Source: Podarcis tiliguerta (Eukaryota). Taken from it: a stretch of DNA of 64,000 nt. Positions 1-11,626 of the stretch are shown piece after piece. Position 1 is the first letter of the stretch; each line of letters begins with the position of its first letter. A program made the translations under genes and the position numbers. The stretch lies in NCBI GenBank assembly GCA_965153285.1, contig OZ229113.1; one strand, written 5' to 3'. A model generated the notes under the pieces. The model made no database searches. It worked only from the letters and a program-made list of their open reading frames with translations, and was not told the DNA's origin.

Positions 1-1915
1 CAACAAATTGACAACTTGATGAACTTTGGAGAAGCTTTAGGAGATGATAGAAGGCATTCTCAGACCTACCTATTGACTGAGTCCATTATGCAAGGATGAG
101 ACCAAACCACCTGAATCCTGTCCAAGTTACTGACTCACAGATACCAATACACCTGAGTGGACGGATGTGGTAAGGGTTCCTTTCTCAGAGTAAAGTGCTT
201 CTGATCTCAGGGCACTGATATGGGAGAGGGGTCGAGTCAGCATTTGCTCCTTAAAATAGGTCTGGTAATAGACACATTTAGTAAAAATACTTGCACTAGT
301 GTTACCCTAAATGTCAACTGAGAAGTGCATTATAACACGTATGCATTTCCCTTTGTCTCTCTAATAAAAAATATAAATATTTTCAGTTTGTCTTGAACCT
401 TATTGCCATATATTCCATTATTCAATACACTGCACTCGCCTAAACTAAATAAACCATTTATTGACATTTGTAGATCACAAATAGTGCAAAACCTTTGATG
501 GCACAGCCAATTATTGTTCTATTACATTTCAAGATGTTACATGAGCATATATCAGTTCTTAGCAGCTTTTTAAAATTAATATACTTGGGTTGTTTAAATT
601 GCTGTTGACCAAGCAAAAGTGGTATGGAGAGGTAAGAAATATGTACATTGATTGGAGCTTTTTAAAGGTTAACAGTGATTTATGGTTACAGATAATGATC
701 ATAGACAGAGAGTAAAAGCAGAGATATTATTGAAAATGATATGGAATTTACAGTAATGCTTTGTGGTCAGTCTGTTTTATTAAATGGATGTTTTGTCTAT
801 CAACTAGGGATTTGCTGAGCATTTTTCAATGACCATACAATTATTGTGGCATGCCTAATAGATCTACTTTCCAACTATGAACATGTAAATGTTACATTTT
901 TTCATTTTCTGTGCTGATTTCCTTCACCAAAGCAACAATTAAACCATAACAACATACTGACTTCCTTAAATTAAGTAATTTGTACCTTGATGAAAGCAAA
1001 ATGTTGCATCTATTTATTGTGAAATGGTATTCCAAATAACATTTTTATTTAATTCACTGCAGGATTCTCCCTATTTGGTAATATTTCTCACTGCAGGAGT
1101 GACAGTACATTTGTGGCAGTCTGAGATCCCTAATGTTTAACTGTATCCTTTACTGCTACACACAGGTTCAGTATAGATTCAATAAAACCTTGAGCATGTT
1201 CCTAATGCTTGCACATACTTATTTGACAAAAAATATGTGGACTGGGGGGCTAAACAAAGGAGCAGTCTCATTTTATGGAATATCTTTAAAGGCTTTGCTA
1301 AATGTGTGACTTGTAGCATAAAATGGATTGGAATGTTTGAATTTTAGCTCCACAGGGTTGAGAAATAGGCATTATTCAGGAATAATGAAGCTAAGAAGAA
1401 GCTATGCATTTAATCTCCATTAGTTGCCAGCTCAGCCCAATAAAATTGCCATGGTCACAGGACAGATCCCAGGGTCATCACATCTCACTGATGCCTCACA
1501 AAAGGGGACATGCGGAATGTCACTTTGCAAGGCTGACACTGACTTTTCCCAAGCCTCTGCTAGGTTTTAACATAGAAAAGAGGAGCAACAAATGCACCAG
1601 GGTAACACCCCAGAGGTCCAAAATAAGAACAAACAGAAAAGGTTGTGCAGCAAAGGGTCTGATCAGGGCTAGCAGAGAGCCATAAGATAGTTGTTCCATC
1701 AACTGCCCTTCTGAGCAGGAACATTTGGGCCATGGAAGAGGCTGCTGGATTCCTTGCAGGATTGGGAGAGAGCATTGGTAGGCTTTGGCGAGGCTTTGCT
1801 CTGCCTGTCTCCCATAGCTGGTTGAACTTGAACTTTGTCTATGCTCTTTCCTGTCTTGCAAAAGAAGGGACAGTTTCTCTCTTGCTTCGCAGAAGACCAC
1901 CCCTCTTCAACACCT

Positions 1916-2245
1916 GAGCCTAGGGCTTGCCGATCAGAAGGTCAGCGGTTCGAATCCCTGCAACATGGTGAGCTCCCGTTGTTCGGTGCCTGCCTCTGCC
2001 AACCTAGCAGTTCAAAAGCACATCAAGTGCAAGTAGATAAATAGGTACCACTCTGGCGGGAAGGTAAACGGCGTTTCCGTGCACTGCTCTGGTTCGCCAG
2101 AAGTGGCTCAGTCATCCTGGCCACATGACCCGGAAGCTGTCTGCGGACAAACGCCGGCTCTCCCGACCTATAGAGCAAGATGAGCGCGCAACCCCAGAGT
2201 TGTCTGCAACTGGACCTAATGGTCAGGGCTACCTTTACCTTTACC
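1916..2245 (+). mobile_element. Sauria-type SINE, 5'-truncated
   Basis: B-box GGTTCGAATCC, body aligning with copies at 2987, 15166 and 31939 (caagtgcaagtagataaataggtacc...), 3' tail ACCTTTACCTTTACC; first ~35 nt of head missing; no clear TSD. Confidence 0.92.
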
Positions 2246-2986
2246 CTAACAGGTGTCACTCGCCTTGCGTTCTTTTGAAGTGGCAAGCTGGCATGGAGGA
2301 GACGGGTTATCAGTGGCAGTGCAGCATCCAGCACCAGGCAGGTACAGAGATTGGGAGTAAGCACCAGGCATAGCCAGCTACAGCCATGACTATCAATACT
2401 GTATGCCAAGTATCCTGGGGTTCACTTCAAACCACAAGTAGATTTTGCATATCCCATTCATTAATAATAATAATTCTTTAATGTGCCTTAAGTCCTACAG
2501 ACTTTGCAGAGGGGGAACAAGCATAATCAATCAAAGAATATTTGCACAATAAAACAGCTTGCTGTTCACTTGCAGAGGTTGTTCTGCTGTGTTCTCTTGA
2601 CCAGTTTATAAATGGTCCAAGTATATACTCTAGGTTGTCCATGTGGTAGAATACAGACGCAAGCCTTGGACTCCTGTGCCTTCTTGTACTACAGTATTCT
2701 GAATTAATGACATGGTGACTGATGAATCTTGCTACTAGAATCTTTACATATGAAATGATTCATTAGTTCTCACTGGAAGTTATACTTGGAGTGGGAAAAG
2801 GGAGCGCATGCCCATCTGTCCTTCCTGAGCTTTGCCATATCCATAATCTGGACTGAGTATGAACTGGCCCTATGAGTAGCATGAACTCATTCAATCAGGA
2901 ATCTTAATGAATATACACCATTTCCCAGTTACAAAATGGCACAGTACCTGGAACTCTGTGTTTAAAAGTCTGGTAATGTTCCTAAT

Positions 2987-3354
2987 GGGGATGCGGGTGG
3001 CGCTGTGGGTAAAACCTCAGTGCCTAGGGCTTGCCGATCGCATGGTCGGCGGTTCGAATCCCCGCGGCGGGGTGAGCTCCCGTCTTTCGGTCCCAGCTCC
3101 TGCCCACCTAGCAGTTTGAAAGCACCCTTAAGTGCAAGTAGATAAATAGGTACCGCTTTATAGCGGGAAGGTAAATGGTGTTTCCGTGTGCTGCGCTGGT
3201 GCTGGCTCGCCAGAGCAGCTTCGTCACGCTGGCCACGTGACCCGGAAGTGTCTCTGGACAGCGCTGGCCCCCAGCCTCTTAAGTGAGATGGGCGCACAAC
3301 CCTAGAGTCGGACACGACTGGCCCGTACGGGCAGGGGTACCTTTACCTTTACCT
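2987..3354 (+). mobile_element. Sauria-type SINE, full length, young subfamily
   Basis: tRNA-like head (GGTGGCGCTGTGGGT ... GGTTCGAATCCC), (ACCTTT)n tail, perfect 13-bp TSD TAATGTTCCTAAT at 2974-2986 and 3355-3367; many CpGs retained. Confidence 0.96.
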
Positions 3355-4234
3355 TAATGTTCCTAATCTGTGGGTAGCTTTTTGGCTGTAACACCTGAAA
3401 AGAATCCCTTATCAGTAGTAGGGAGACTAGTGTGAACGATAAGAGTAATTCTTATATGTTGTGGCAAGAGCATAGGCTCCTAAGTCCCCATATATCTTTA
3501 AGACAATTCTCTTGATTTAGAGCTGTGGAGAGACTAAATGAGAACCTCCTTAGATACCAGCATTATAAAAACACAGTTTGATAAATCCCTTTTTTATGAA
3601 TAGGTAGCAAAGTCTCTGCATTGGGTATTGGGAAATTATTCTGTGGCTTCGCAGGCTCCTTATTTCAGGGATGAATAAATCTGTATTAAATCTACTTACT
3701 GGAATTTGTTCCTTCTGTGACTAAAGTAGATTAGAAAGAGCATTTCATATTTTTAAATGCACCATCAAGATTAGGTGACCTTCATAGGTTTTTGTTGTTT
3801 CCCCTCCTCCTCCTATACCTTGCTTTTATACAAGTTACTCAAGGTGGTTAAGACAGTCACCCAAGCATGTGTCTTGTGGGACAATTTACAAACCTTTGAT
3901 CACCTGTGCTGTACGATGACATTATCCTAAACTACTTTCAAACTGTTTGTGTCTTCCTGGTTGTGTGAACACAGTGAAAGCCTGGGATAAATGGCAGAGA
4001 TATATGTTAAATCATCTCGCTCTAGAACACTATTATTCAATGCACACTGTATAATAAATATATATTAAAAAAATATTCTGCATCTCATGGGGGAAAGCAT
4101 AAAAGTTTTGTTAAGAATGTAAGTTCAAACCAATGATCTAGGCCAGCAAAATATTTTAAGGGCCACTTTGGGGGCAGTGGGTATAAAAGCAGCCTAACTC
4201 ACCGGGCACGATACTCCAGTATGTCCTCTTTTGC

Positions 4235-4603
4235 AAAAGTCCCATCTAGCCCAGGATCCTGTTTACAACAGTGGCAAACTAGAGGACTCTGAGAGCCTAT
4301 AAGCAGGACAGTTAAGACATAAGACCATAAGAAGAGCCCTTGTGCAATTAGACCAAAAGCCCATCAAGAACAACATCCTGTTCTCTCTCTGGCCAAACAG
4401 ACACCATGGGGAAATACAAAAGCAGGGTATGAGCACAACAGCACTCTCCCCAATAGCTGCCTTAGGATGTTGCTTCAAATAGATTATATCCAGATTGTTT
4501 CTGAAACTGGAGGCTGCAGATTGCTATGACTAGTAGCCCTAATTGTCCGTGAATTTATTCAATCTCCTTTTAAAGCCATCTAAACTGGAGCTCATTGCCA
4601 CAT
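4235..4603 (-). mobile_element. CR1 LINE 3' UTR fragments (long-3'UTR squamate subfamily)
   Basis: cataagaagagccc...gaccaaaagcccatc...catcctgttctc...tttaaagccatc is the reverse complement of the CR1 3' end at 17675-17986. Confidence 0.75.
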
Positions 4604-5990
4604 AAAATCATAGAGTTGGAAGGGACCCCGAGGGTTATCTAGTACACCCAGTGTTTCCTTAGATGCCTCCCACTTTTCTTGTTGGTTTTGTCTGCATTTC
4701 TGCCTTCAATATTTCTCATTTTAAAAACTTCCATCTTGGACTCCCTTCTCATTGAGTATTTCTGACCACAGGATCACACCCAATAGCTCCTTCAGCTTTT
4801 CAAAATTGGCCAGAGTGTGTGTCCAGCTACACTCAGTTTTCCCTTGCCTCTGTATCCTGAAACCCAGGAGAAACCCCCTCCCAAGTTTCAAAGCACTTCC
4901 ACTACATCAACCAGCTCCTTCCTATTGGTGAGGACCAGGTCCAAGATAGATGATCCCTTTGTTGGTTCTTCCACCTTCTGGAAAACAAAATTGTCAGCAA
5001 TGCAATGGAGAAATTTGTCAGACCTTACACTCCTGGCAGAGTTTGAGTTCCAACAGATATCGGGGAAGTTGAAGTCCACCATGGTTACTATTTCTCTCCT
5101 TTTTGAATGTTTGGTAATATGCTCTAGTAAGGCATCATCTAAGTCTTCAGTCTGGCTTGGCGGTCCATAGCAGACACCCACAGTTAGGTCACTGTTGTTT
5201 CTCTCCTACAATTTTTGCCCATATACTCTCAATCTGCTTTTCATGCTCCAGGTCATGGATTTGTTCACAAGTGTACACATCCTTTATATATAATGCTTTT
5301 CCTCCTCCCATCCTGTTTGGTCTGTTCCTGTTGAACAGGTTATGCCCCTCAATTCCTACATTCCAGTCATGAGTTTCATCCCACCAGGTTTCAGTAATGC
5401 CTACCAGGTCATATTTGCCATCCTGTATTAAAAGTTCCAGTTCATCTTGTTTGTTTCCCATACTCTGTGCATTTAGGTAGAGACAAGTGAAACCATGAGT
5501 TGTTCCCTGCAGCTGCTTGTTTCCTGTAGTTTCTTGCCCTTTAGTAGGTTTCTGGAGCACCACCTCAGTTTTCTATGCGTCAATGAAGCTATTATCCCCA
5601 GTGTCAGGTGCTCTTTTGTCATTTGTATTGTTTTCTCCCTCCCCTTCAAGATCTAGTTTAAAGCTCTCCTGATCAGATTCTCAAGACTCTTGGCAAACAC
5701 ATTCTTGCCAACTGCTGTGAGGTGCAGCCCATCTCTCACTAGAAGTCCCACCTCAAAGAAGTGGAGACCATGATCCAAGAAGCCAAATCCTTCCTGACAA
5801 TACCACCTGTGCAGACAGAGGTTTACCTCAAGTATTTTCCTCTCTCTTATTGGGCCACGACCTTCAACAGGAAGGATTGATGAAAAGACTACCTGTGCCC
5901 CAAGTCTCTTCAGCTCCGACATCTTGTGGTAGCTGATTTCACAAGTATGTGCTGTCCACACACATTGGTTAAACGCTGTTCTGCCTGGCA
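4604..5990 (-). mobile_element. CR1 LINE retaining ORF1 C-terminus and ORF2 endonuclease, RT deleted, 3' tail present
   Basis: ORF1 SGNH-esterase-like segment, APE endonuclease, linker (…EILKAEMQTKPT…KSGRHLRK), then directly the CR1 terminal gggtcccttccaactctatgatt at 4604-4649. Confidence 0.92.
4888..5500 (-). pseudogene. CR1 ORF2 apurinic-like endonuclease remnant (frameshifted)
   Basis: CLYLNAQSMGNKQDELE, VGITETWW, GGG.ALY, then after a frameshift near 5185 [23 protein letters not shown]; premature stop near 4888. Confidence 0.93.
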
Positions 5991-5991
5991 A
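5653..5991 (-). pseudogene. CR1 ORF1 remnant (SGNH/GDSL esterase-like domain)
   Basis: LKRLGAQVVFSSILPVEGRG...EVNLCLHRW...GFGFLDHG...DGLHLT..GKNVFA..L..LIRRALN* is the typical CR1 ORF1 C-terminus. Confidence 0.9.
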
Positions 5992-6455
5992 ATTACATTC
6001 TAACTTTAAATAAGCTTATCTAAAACACTGAAAATGATTGGATTAAATGTATAATTTGTAGAATTGTAAACATTAATTATAGAAAACATATCATATTGAC
6101 CCAGTAGGGGGAGCAAGAGGGCAATACTTCTGCCAAAGTCTTGATATAAATTCAAGATTGCATAATTAAGGAAAGGCATTTCTATGATGCCTATTATTCA
6201 TTGTATACATTTTTAAGGCACACACATCTTGTACGCATAAAATATGCTTGAAGGAAACTGAATCTACCACTACTAAGATTTAAGTGGCCTCATTTTCTTG
6301 CAAGTTGAGACTCTAATTGTTTACAGGAACACCTTGTCCCTGAAAAATGTGTTTTGCAGATGTGAATTGGAGGTAGTGGAACACTTTGCAGTTTTGCACA
6401 ATAGATTAGAACTGGTCCATAAGCAACCTCTGATAGTTACACTAGAAATATTAGC

Positions 6456-6625
6456 AACGTAAGAATTCTGTCGCTGGGTCAAATTAAGTAAGGTCTATCA
6501 AGTCCAGCATTCTGTTTACAATAATACTGAGCCTTATCCTGCTTGTGGGCTTCCCAGGGATACTGCGCTGGCCACAGTGGGAAACAGGAATCTAGGCAGA
6601 TCCAGAAAGGCTCTTGTCTTCTCAT
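6456..6625. mobile_element. Short decayed CR1 3' UTR fragments in both orientations
   Basis: caagtccagcattctgttt (minus) and ctggccacagtgggaaacagga...gatccagaaaggctctt (plus) resemble 17920-17986. Confidence 0.5.
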
Positions 6626-7249
6626 GCCTTCTGCAGGCCATGAGCAGCATACTGTCTCTTTTTTGGCTCCAACAATGTATTATCACCAGTCATCAGCACA
6701 TCTCGTGGTAGCAAATTCTGAAAGTCAGTTTAATCAGGAAAATGAACTGATTTTTATGTGTTTAGCCTGAAACTTTCCTTGTATAATGACTCTTCTTTCT
6801 TTCATAAGAATATTGAAAGGAAATTCAGGGCTGATTCATCGATTAGACAGAGTGAGGTAACTGCCTCAGGGTATGGATGCTGGTGGATAAGGCAGTGGAA
6901 ACCATTCTTAACTAGACTCATCAAGTGTTGTGCAGGATGTTGTCCTGTTGCCAGCACTGAAATAATATTCAACAACCAGACTGATTGGATTCTGCATGTG
7001 AAATAGGGAGTGCCCCATTGTGTTCTTTCCCTCAGACTGCAAAATGTTTGGTGCCAGACATGGAAGAGATCAACGAATTACAGTCTGATGATAAAACACT
7101 ATAACTCAGGTTCTTTATTCTTATTCTCAGATGAGAAGAAGAAGGGATGGCTCTCAGATTGCAAGCTGCCCTGGGCTCCTATGGATATGAATTTAAACCA
7201 ATCAGTGTGCAGGACCAGAACAGAACATATCTCTCAGTATGTCAGCAAT

Positions 7250-7387
7250 CAAGGATAGGGAATCTGTGGGCCTCCAGGTGTTGTTGGAGCACAGCTGTCC
7301 TCGCCCCTGACTCCTGGCTATGCTTGGTAGGGTTGATTAGCACTGGGACCCAACAGCATATTGAAGGCCACAGGTTCCCCACCTGTG
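7250..7387. mobile_element. Palindromic hAT-type MITE (~140 bp), decayed
   Basis: Imperfect TIRs caaggatagggaatctgtgggcct / aggccacaggttccccacctgtg; same architecture as 54998-55133. Confidence 0.7.
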
Positions 7388-8389
7388 CCAAACATCAAGG
7401 GATAAATGAGGCTGAGCTAGACCGCAGTATCTAAGCTCTTTATAATATCCGCACTTGGAAGTCTACATAAGTAAGCAATTGAAAAACAAATTAAAGTATA
7501 ATGATGTTGATATATCAAAGGCTACATGAGGCCCCACTGTTTATGTTAAAACCTTTAGTGATCTTGCCTCAACTCATATTCTGAATGCCAGCTGAAACCC
7601 CAGATTAGCCCACCAGACAAACCCAAAGCCCCATCATGTCTTCATGTGCTGTACACACCCTTGAAAGTTGGCAGAAATACACACACACAGCAGCAGCAAC
7701 AACAACAACAAGCCATCAAAACAACAAATTACCTACCCCCCCCCTTTACATATGACAAGCATCATGGCAGCAAAAAGGACAGACAGATGTGGGAAGATGG
7801 TGAGAAGGTAGATTGCAGCCAGTCCTGACTCACCTTAACTATGATTGGCTGGCTAGGTAATTGGCACTTAGCTGGATCAATCAGGGCCTGACACAATAAT
7901 GATAAAGCTCTGAGCTTTTTGGCAGGCTCCCAAGCAAGCATGCGTGCTCAAATGCAGCGCTGCCTGAATTAATGTCAGAGGGGAGCACAAAGCATTCAGA
8001 GTACTGGCTGCACTTCACTAAAAACTGAGGATCCATATGGCTTCAGACAAAGCAAACTTTTCTTTAACGGAGCCTGGTTACCTTTTTGCCTGGTATAATG
8101 CATCCTGGACCCCCTCGCCAAATGCAGCACCCATGCATGTTCAACTACACACCCCCCCCCCCGACATAACCGTTGTTACTTGCCGATGTTTTCTGTTCCT
8201 CCTAGATTTAGTTTAAAAATAAAATTGAGGTTTAGGGGCTTGAACAAAAACTTTAAAAACTTGGATGGCGCTGGGTTAACTAGCAAGTGAGGGGAGGCCT
8301 GTAGCCACCTTGCCCTATTCCTTCCCTTTCCTGAGAATGAGGCCCAGATGTGTTCTTTATAAGAAAGAAAAGGAAGGAAGCTTTTATTA

Positions 8390-8470
8390 GGCATCTAATT
8401 GGCTGTTGTGAGAAAAGGATGCTGGTCTAGATGGGCCTTTGGTCCGGTCTAAGAAGGCTATTTTTCTGCC
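8390..8470 (+). mobile_element. CR1 3' terminal fragment
   Basis: ggcatctaattggctgttgtgagaaaaggatgctggtctagatgggcctttggtccggtc matches 17908-17986. Confidence 0.65.
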
Positions 8471-8599
8471 CTTAAGGCAGGGCGTCAGGAGGCCAGTGAG
8501 TTGGCTTGCTGTCTCCCACTCTAACTTAGAATGGAATAGTAAAGGGGAACTGCAACACTTGGAGAGCAGGAGAGTGTCGGGCGGGGGCTGGCTTTTTTT

Positions 8600-8925
8600 T
8601 GCAGAGGGAGAAAGGTTCTGGGAGTTTTGGTTTGTGTGCCATGCGTGTTTTGTCTGCTTTTGTTTGTACTGTATATTAGGTGTGCATTGGTTGTTGTTTC
8701 TTTGGCCGCTTTGGGAGAGATTGATTGCTTTAAGATTTTTGGTGGGTACTTTGCCCACTTTTTGGTTGTGTTGTGTGTGTGTTTGTGTTTGTGTGTTTGT
8801 TTGTGCGTGTGTATTGCTGCTTCATTTTCTTTCATTTTGGGTGTGTTACCTGCTTCTTTTTGGTGTATATGGGTGTATTTTGTCTGCTTTTTATTATTTG
8901 GTCCTGTGGGGTTGAGTTTCTGAGT
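8600..8925. repeat. Degenerate G/T-rich low-complexity tract
   Basis: Strongly T+G biased plus strand with (GT)n/(TTTG)n-like units; followed by a hAT-like end (caaatgtgcccccagacccaaaacg, ~8970-9009). Confidence 0.8.
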
Positions 8926-9784
8926 GTCATGTTCTACAAAATCATTATTTTATGGTGCTTCTTTGATTTTCAAATGTGCCCCCAGACCCAAAACGCTTGG
9001 GGATGTATGCTCTAATCTCTTTCAGGTACTGGTTGTTCTCACTTTTCCCATATAAGAAAGCACTAGAAGTTTTACAATAGTTGAAATTTGACCACAGTAC
9101 ATTTACCCTGGTAGTATTTTATAGTTTGTGAGTTTGAGTTTTTCCTTTTTCCTGAGCTAATGGTCCTTCCATATCTACTCTCCAGACACTGATAACTGCC
9201 TAACAGCATCACCCCTTGTGTATATGAAAGCAGTAAACATATTTTTCTTTTTGAAGCTTGTATTAGCACCTTACGAGGGGTGGGGGAGAGAAATATTCTG
9301 GGTCTGATTTTTCTTTGGAAATTATGCCGTTCCTAGAACTCACCTAGGAAATTAGACTGACTTTAACTTGTAATGAAAACCGGCTAAATTTATGCTTTTC
9401 TTCATTTCTATTATTTATTACAGGCCTTGACTGAGCATATTGATTTTATGCCAACCTGTGTTCTTGTCACAATTTTTGTCACACAAATAAGGTTTCTGAA
9501 ATGCAACGCCTATATTTTATGAAATATAATCCTATGCCATTTCCAGCTGACCTTTTCAGTATTCTGTATTTTGATGGGTTGCCCCTTTTCAGAGGGGCTT
9601 ACTCAGAGTGATATTTTGTCCTCAAATTGCAGTAGTTAAACAATGTAATATATCATAAAGACTTTAAACCAAGTTCACTAGTAAGCTAAACTGAAGTTTT
9701 AAGCCAATTTGAAATCTTGTACAGAATGACTGGCAGGGGCATTGCTATCATAACATCATCCTATCTGCATAAGATGAAACAAGT

Positions 9785-10446
9785 GACCCTTTCCTGAAAC
9801 AAACAAACAAACAAACAAACAAACAAACAAACAAATCAGGGAGGAAGTGATAGATGAAGTAGAAGTACTGGAAGTATTTGGAAAGATATTATCATGTCCT
9901 TTTGGGTTTCATGATACAGAGACAAGGGAAAGCTGACTGCAGTTGAACATGCACTCTGTACTTTAAGAATGCTGATTTTTATTTTGAAAGGCTAGAATGT
10001 GTGCAGAAGAAAGTGACCAAGATAATCAAGGGTCTAGAAACCAGGCTTTAAGATGAACGATTGAGGTAACTGGGTATTTTTAGCCTGTAAAAAAGGAGAG
10101 TGAGTGAAGGTATGATCGCCATCTTTAAATATCTTAAGGGCTGTCACATAGAAGATGGAGTAAGGTTGTTTTCTCCTGCTCTGAAGGGTAGGACCTGAAC
10201 TTATAGTTTCAAGTTACAAGGAAAGAGATTCTGACTAAACTGAAGAAAGAAATTTCTGACAGTAAGAGCTGTTCATCAGTGATATGGAATCCCTTGAATG
10301 GCGATGGATTTTCCTTCCTTGGAGGTTTATAATCAGAGGTTGGATGGCCACCTGCCATGGATGCTTTAGTTGAGATTCCTGCATTGCAGGGGTTCGGGCT
10401 AGATGACCTTCAGAAACTCTTCTAACACTACAATTCTATGATTCTA
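9785..10446 (+). mobile_element. CR1 LINE with endonuclease C-terminus fused to post-RT region and 3' tail (RT deleted)
   Basis: 9837-9985 reads REEVIDEVEVL...HVLLGFMIQRQGKADCS...FKNADF; from ~9990 LECVQKKVTKIIKGLE...; ends aattctatgattcta. Confidence 0.9.
9797..9832. repeat. (AAAC)9 microsatellite
   Basis: Nine perfect AAAC units. Confidence 0.98.
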
Positions 10447-10884
10447 CCAATGAATGCTGCCCAAGCCCTTGTGGATTTATTCCCAAGCCCCCCTTGCTAA
10501 CCAAGGAGCAACACAATCATCCACATATAGATGGGGAAATCTTTAACAGGCATTGGGGAAGTAATGATAGAAAGTTTGAAAACTGACATCACATAACATT
10601 GTATTTCTGCTTTTGGCACAATTAAATGCTAAATGTCACTGCCTGACATCTATGGAATACTGTCTAATATGAACTGTCAGGTATCAGATACAACTGGGTG
10701 TTAAAAACAGTTGTTTGATACTTTCTATATTCCAGCATCCAGCATTCTGTGAGCATCAGGAAACTATCCAACATTAGCATTTACAGAGGACACATTTCAA
10801 TGCTAAATTATTTTCTGCAACCCAAGAGCTATGATTTTAATATTTTTAAAATTCTACTTGATAAGGTTCTTCTAATCTAGTAAG

Positions 10885-11130
10885 CTGTTTCCAACTGTGG
10901 CTAGTCAGTCTAGGGAGCTTGCAAGTAGGAATGACTCTTTTCAGCAACTGGTATTCAAAGGCACACGCTAGAAGTTATATTTAGCAAGCATGGTTAATAA
11001 ACTTCAATAGACTTGGACCTCGTGAGTTTGTCTAATTCCCCATTAATGCTATCTAAGACAGTCTCCAGCATTATATATTTGAGAAGTGAATTCAATGAGT
11101 TACGTGTTGTGTGAAGATGTACTTTTATTT
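10885..11130 (-). mobile_element. Old CR1 3' fragment
   Basis: cagcaactggtattcaaaggca...gtgagtttgtctaattcccc...tgttgtgtgaagatgtacttt, collinear with 4314-4603. Confidence 0.65.
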
Positions 11131-11368
11131 ATAATCATGAACAAGGGGAGGGGAACTCTTTCTCTTCAGATTCCACTAAGTGCCAATTAAAGCTGGAGGA
11201 AGTCTCCTGTCATCTGCTTAATGATTATCTTATTCTTCCCTTCTAAAGTTAGTTTGTTTTTAATACTCATATTAAAATCTTGCCAGTTTAGTCTGTGGAA
11301 AAAAGTCTTTTGTTCTAACTCGACTGTTCTTGGGATCTCCCTCTTGCTGCGTTTCTTTCAGATAAAGC

Positions 11369-11416
11369 AACATAGAACCATAGAATAAAAAAATTATAGA
11401 GTTGGAAGGGACCTCG
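11369..11416 (-). mobile_element. CR1-type 3' tail stub
   Basis: catagaaccatagaat...atagagttggaagggacctc, reverse complement of the CR1 terminus. Confidence 0.7.
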
Positions 11417-11490
11417 TATGTATACAAAATGGTGGGACTGCCATGCTAATATTGATGACTCAGATGAGTTCTATTATAAAGGCTCTATTT

Positions 11491-11626
11491 CACAGGAAAC
11501 CAATGTGGCTCCTTCCACATTTGCTGGACTACAAATCACATCATCCCTGACTTCTGGCCATACTAACTGGGACTCAGGGAACTGGAATCCAGCACTTTCT
11601 GGACAGCACCATGTTGACCACCCTTG
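11491..11626. mobile_element. Palindromic hAT-type MITE, decayed
   Basis: ccaatgtggctcc..tgctggactacaaatcacatcatccc / gggaactggaatccagca..caccatgttgacc inverted arms. Confidence 0.65.

Noticed and set aside
1404-1917. Overlapping 60-126 aa ORFs before the first SINE
   Set aside because: No recognisable motif or consistent splice structure; lengths expected by chance.
2023-3315. ORFs crossing the SINEs (e.g. VKVKV repeats), also at 15134-15538
   Set aside because: Translations of SINE sequence and its (ACCTTT)n tail.
7646-7828. PolyQ-containing ORF
   Set aside because: Arises from a (CA)n(CAG)n(CAA)n microsatellite; no exon support.
8387-9015. Five overlapping ORFs including a 158-aa hydrophobic one that looks like a membrane protein
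   Set aside because: Product of the G/T low-complexity tract (Val/Cys/Phe/Leu codons, few stops); no domain features.
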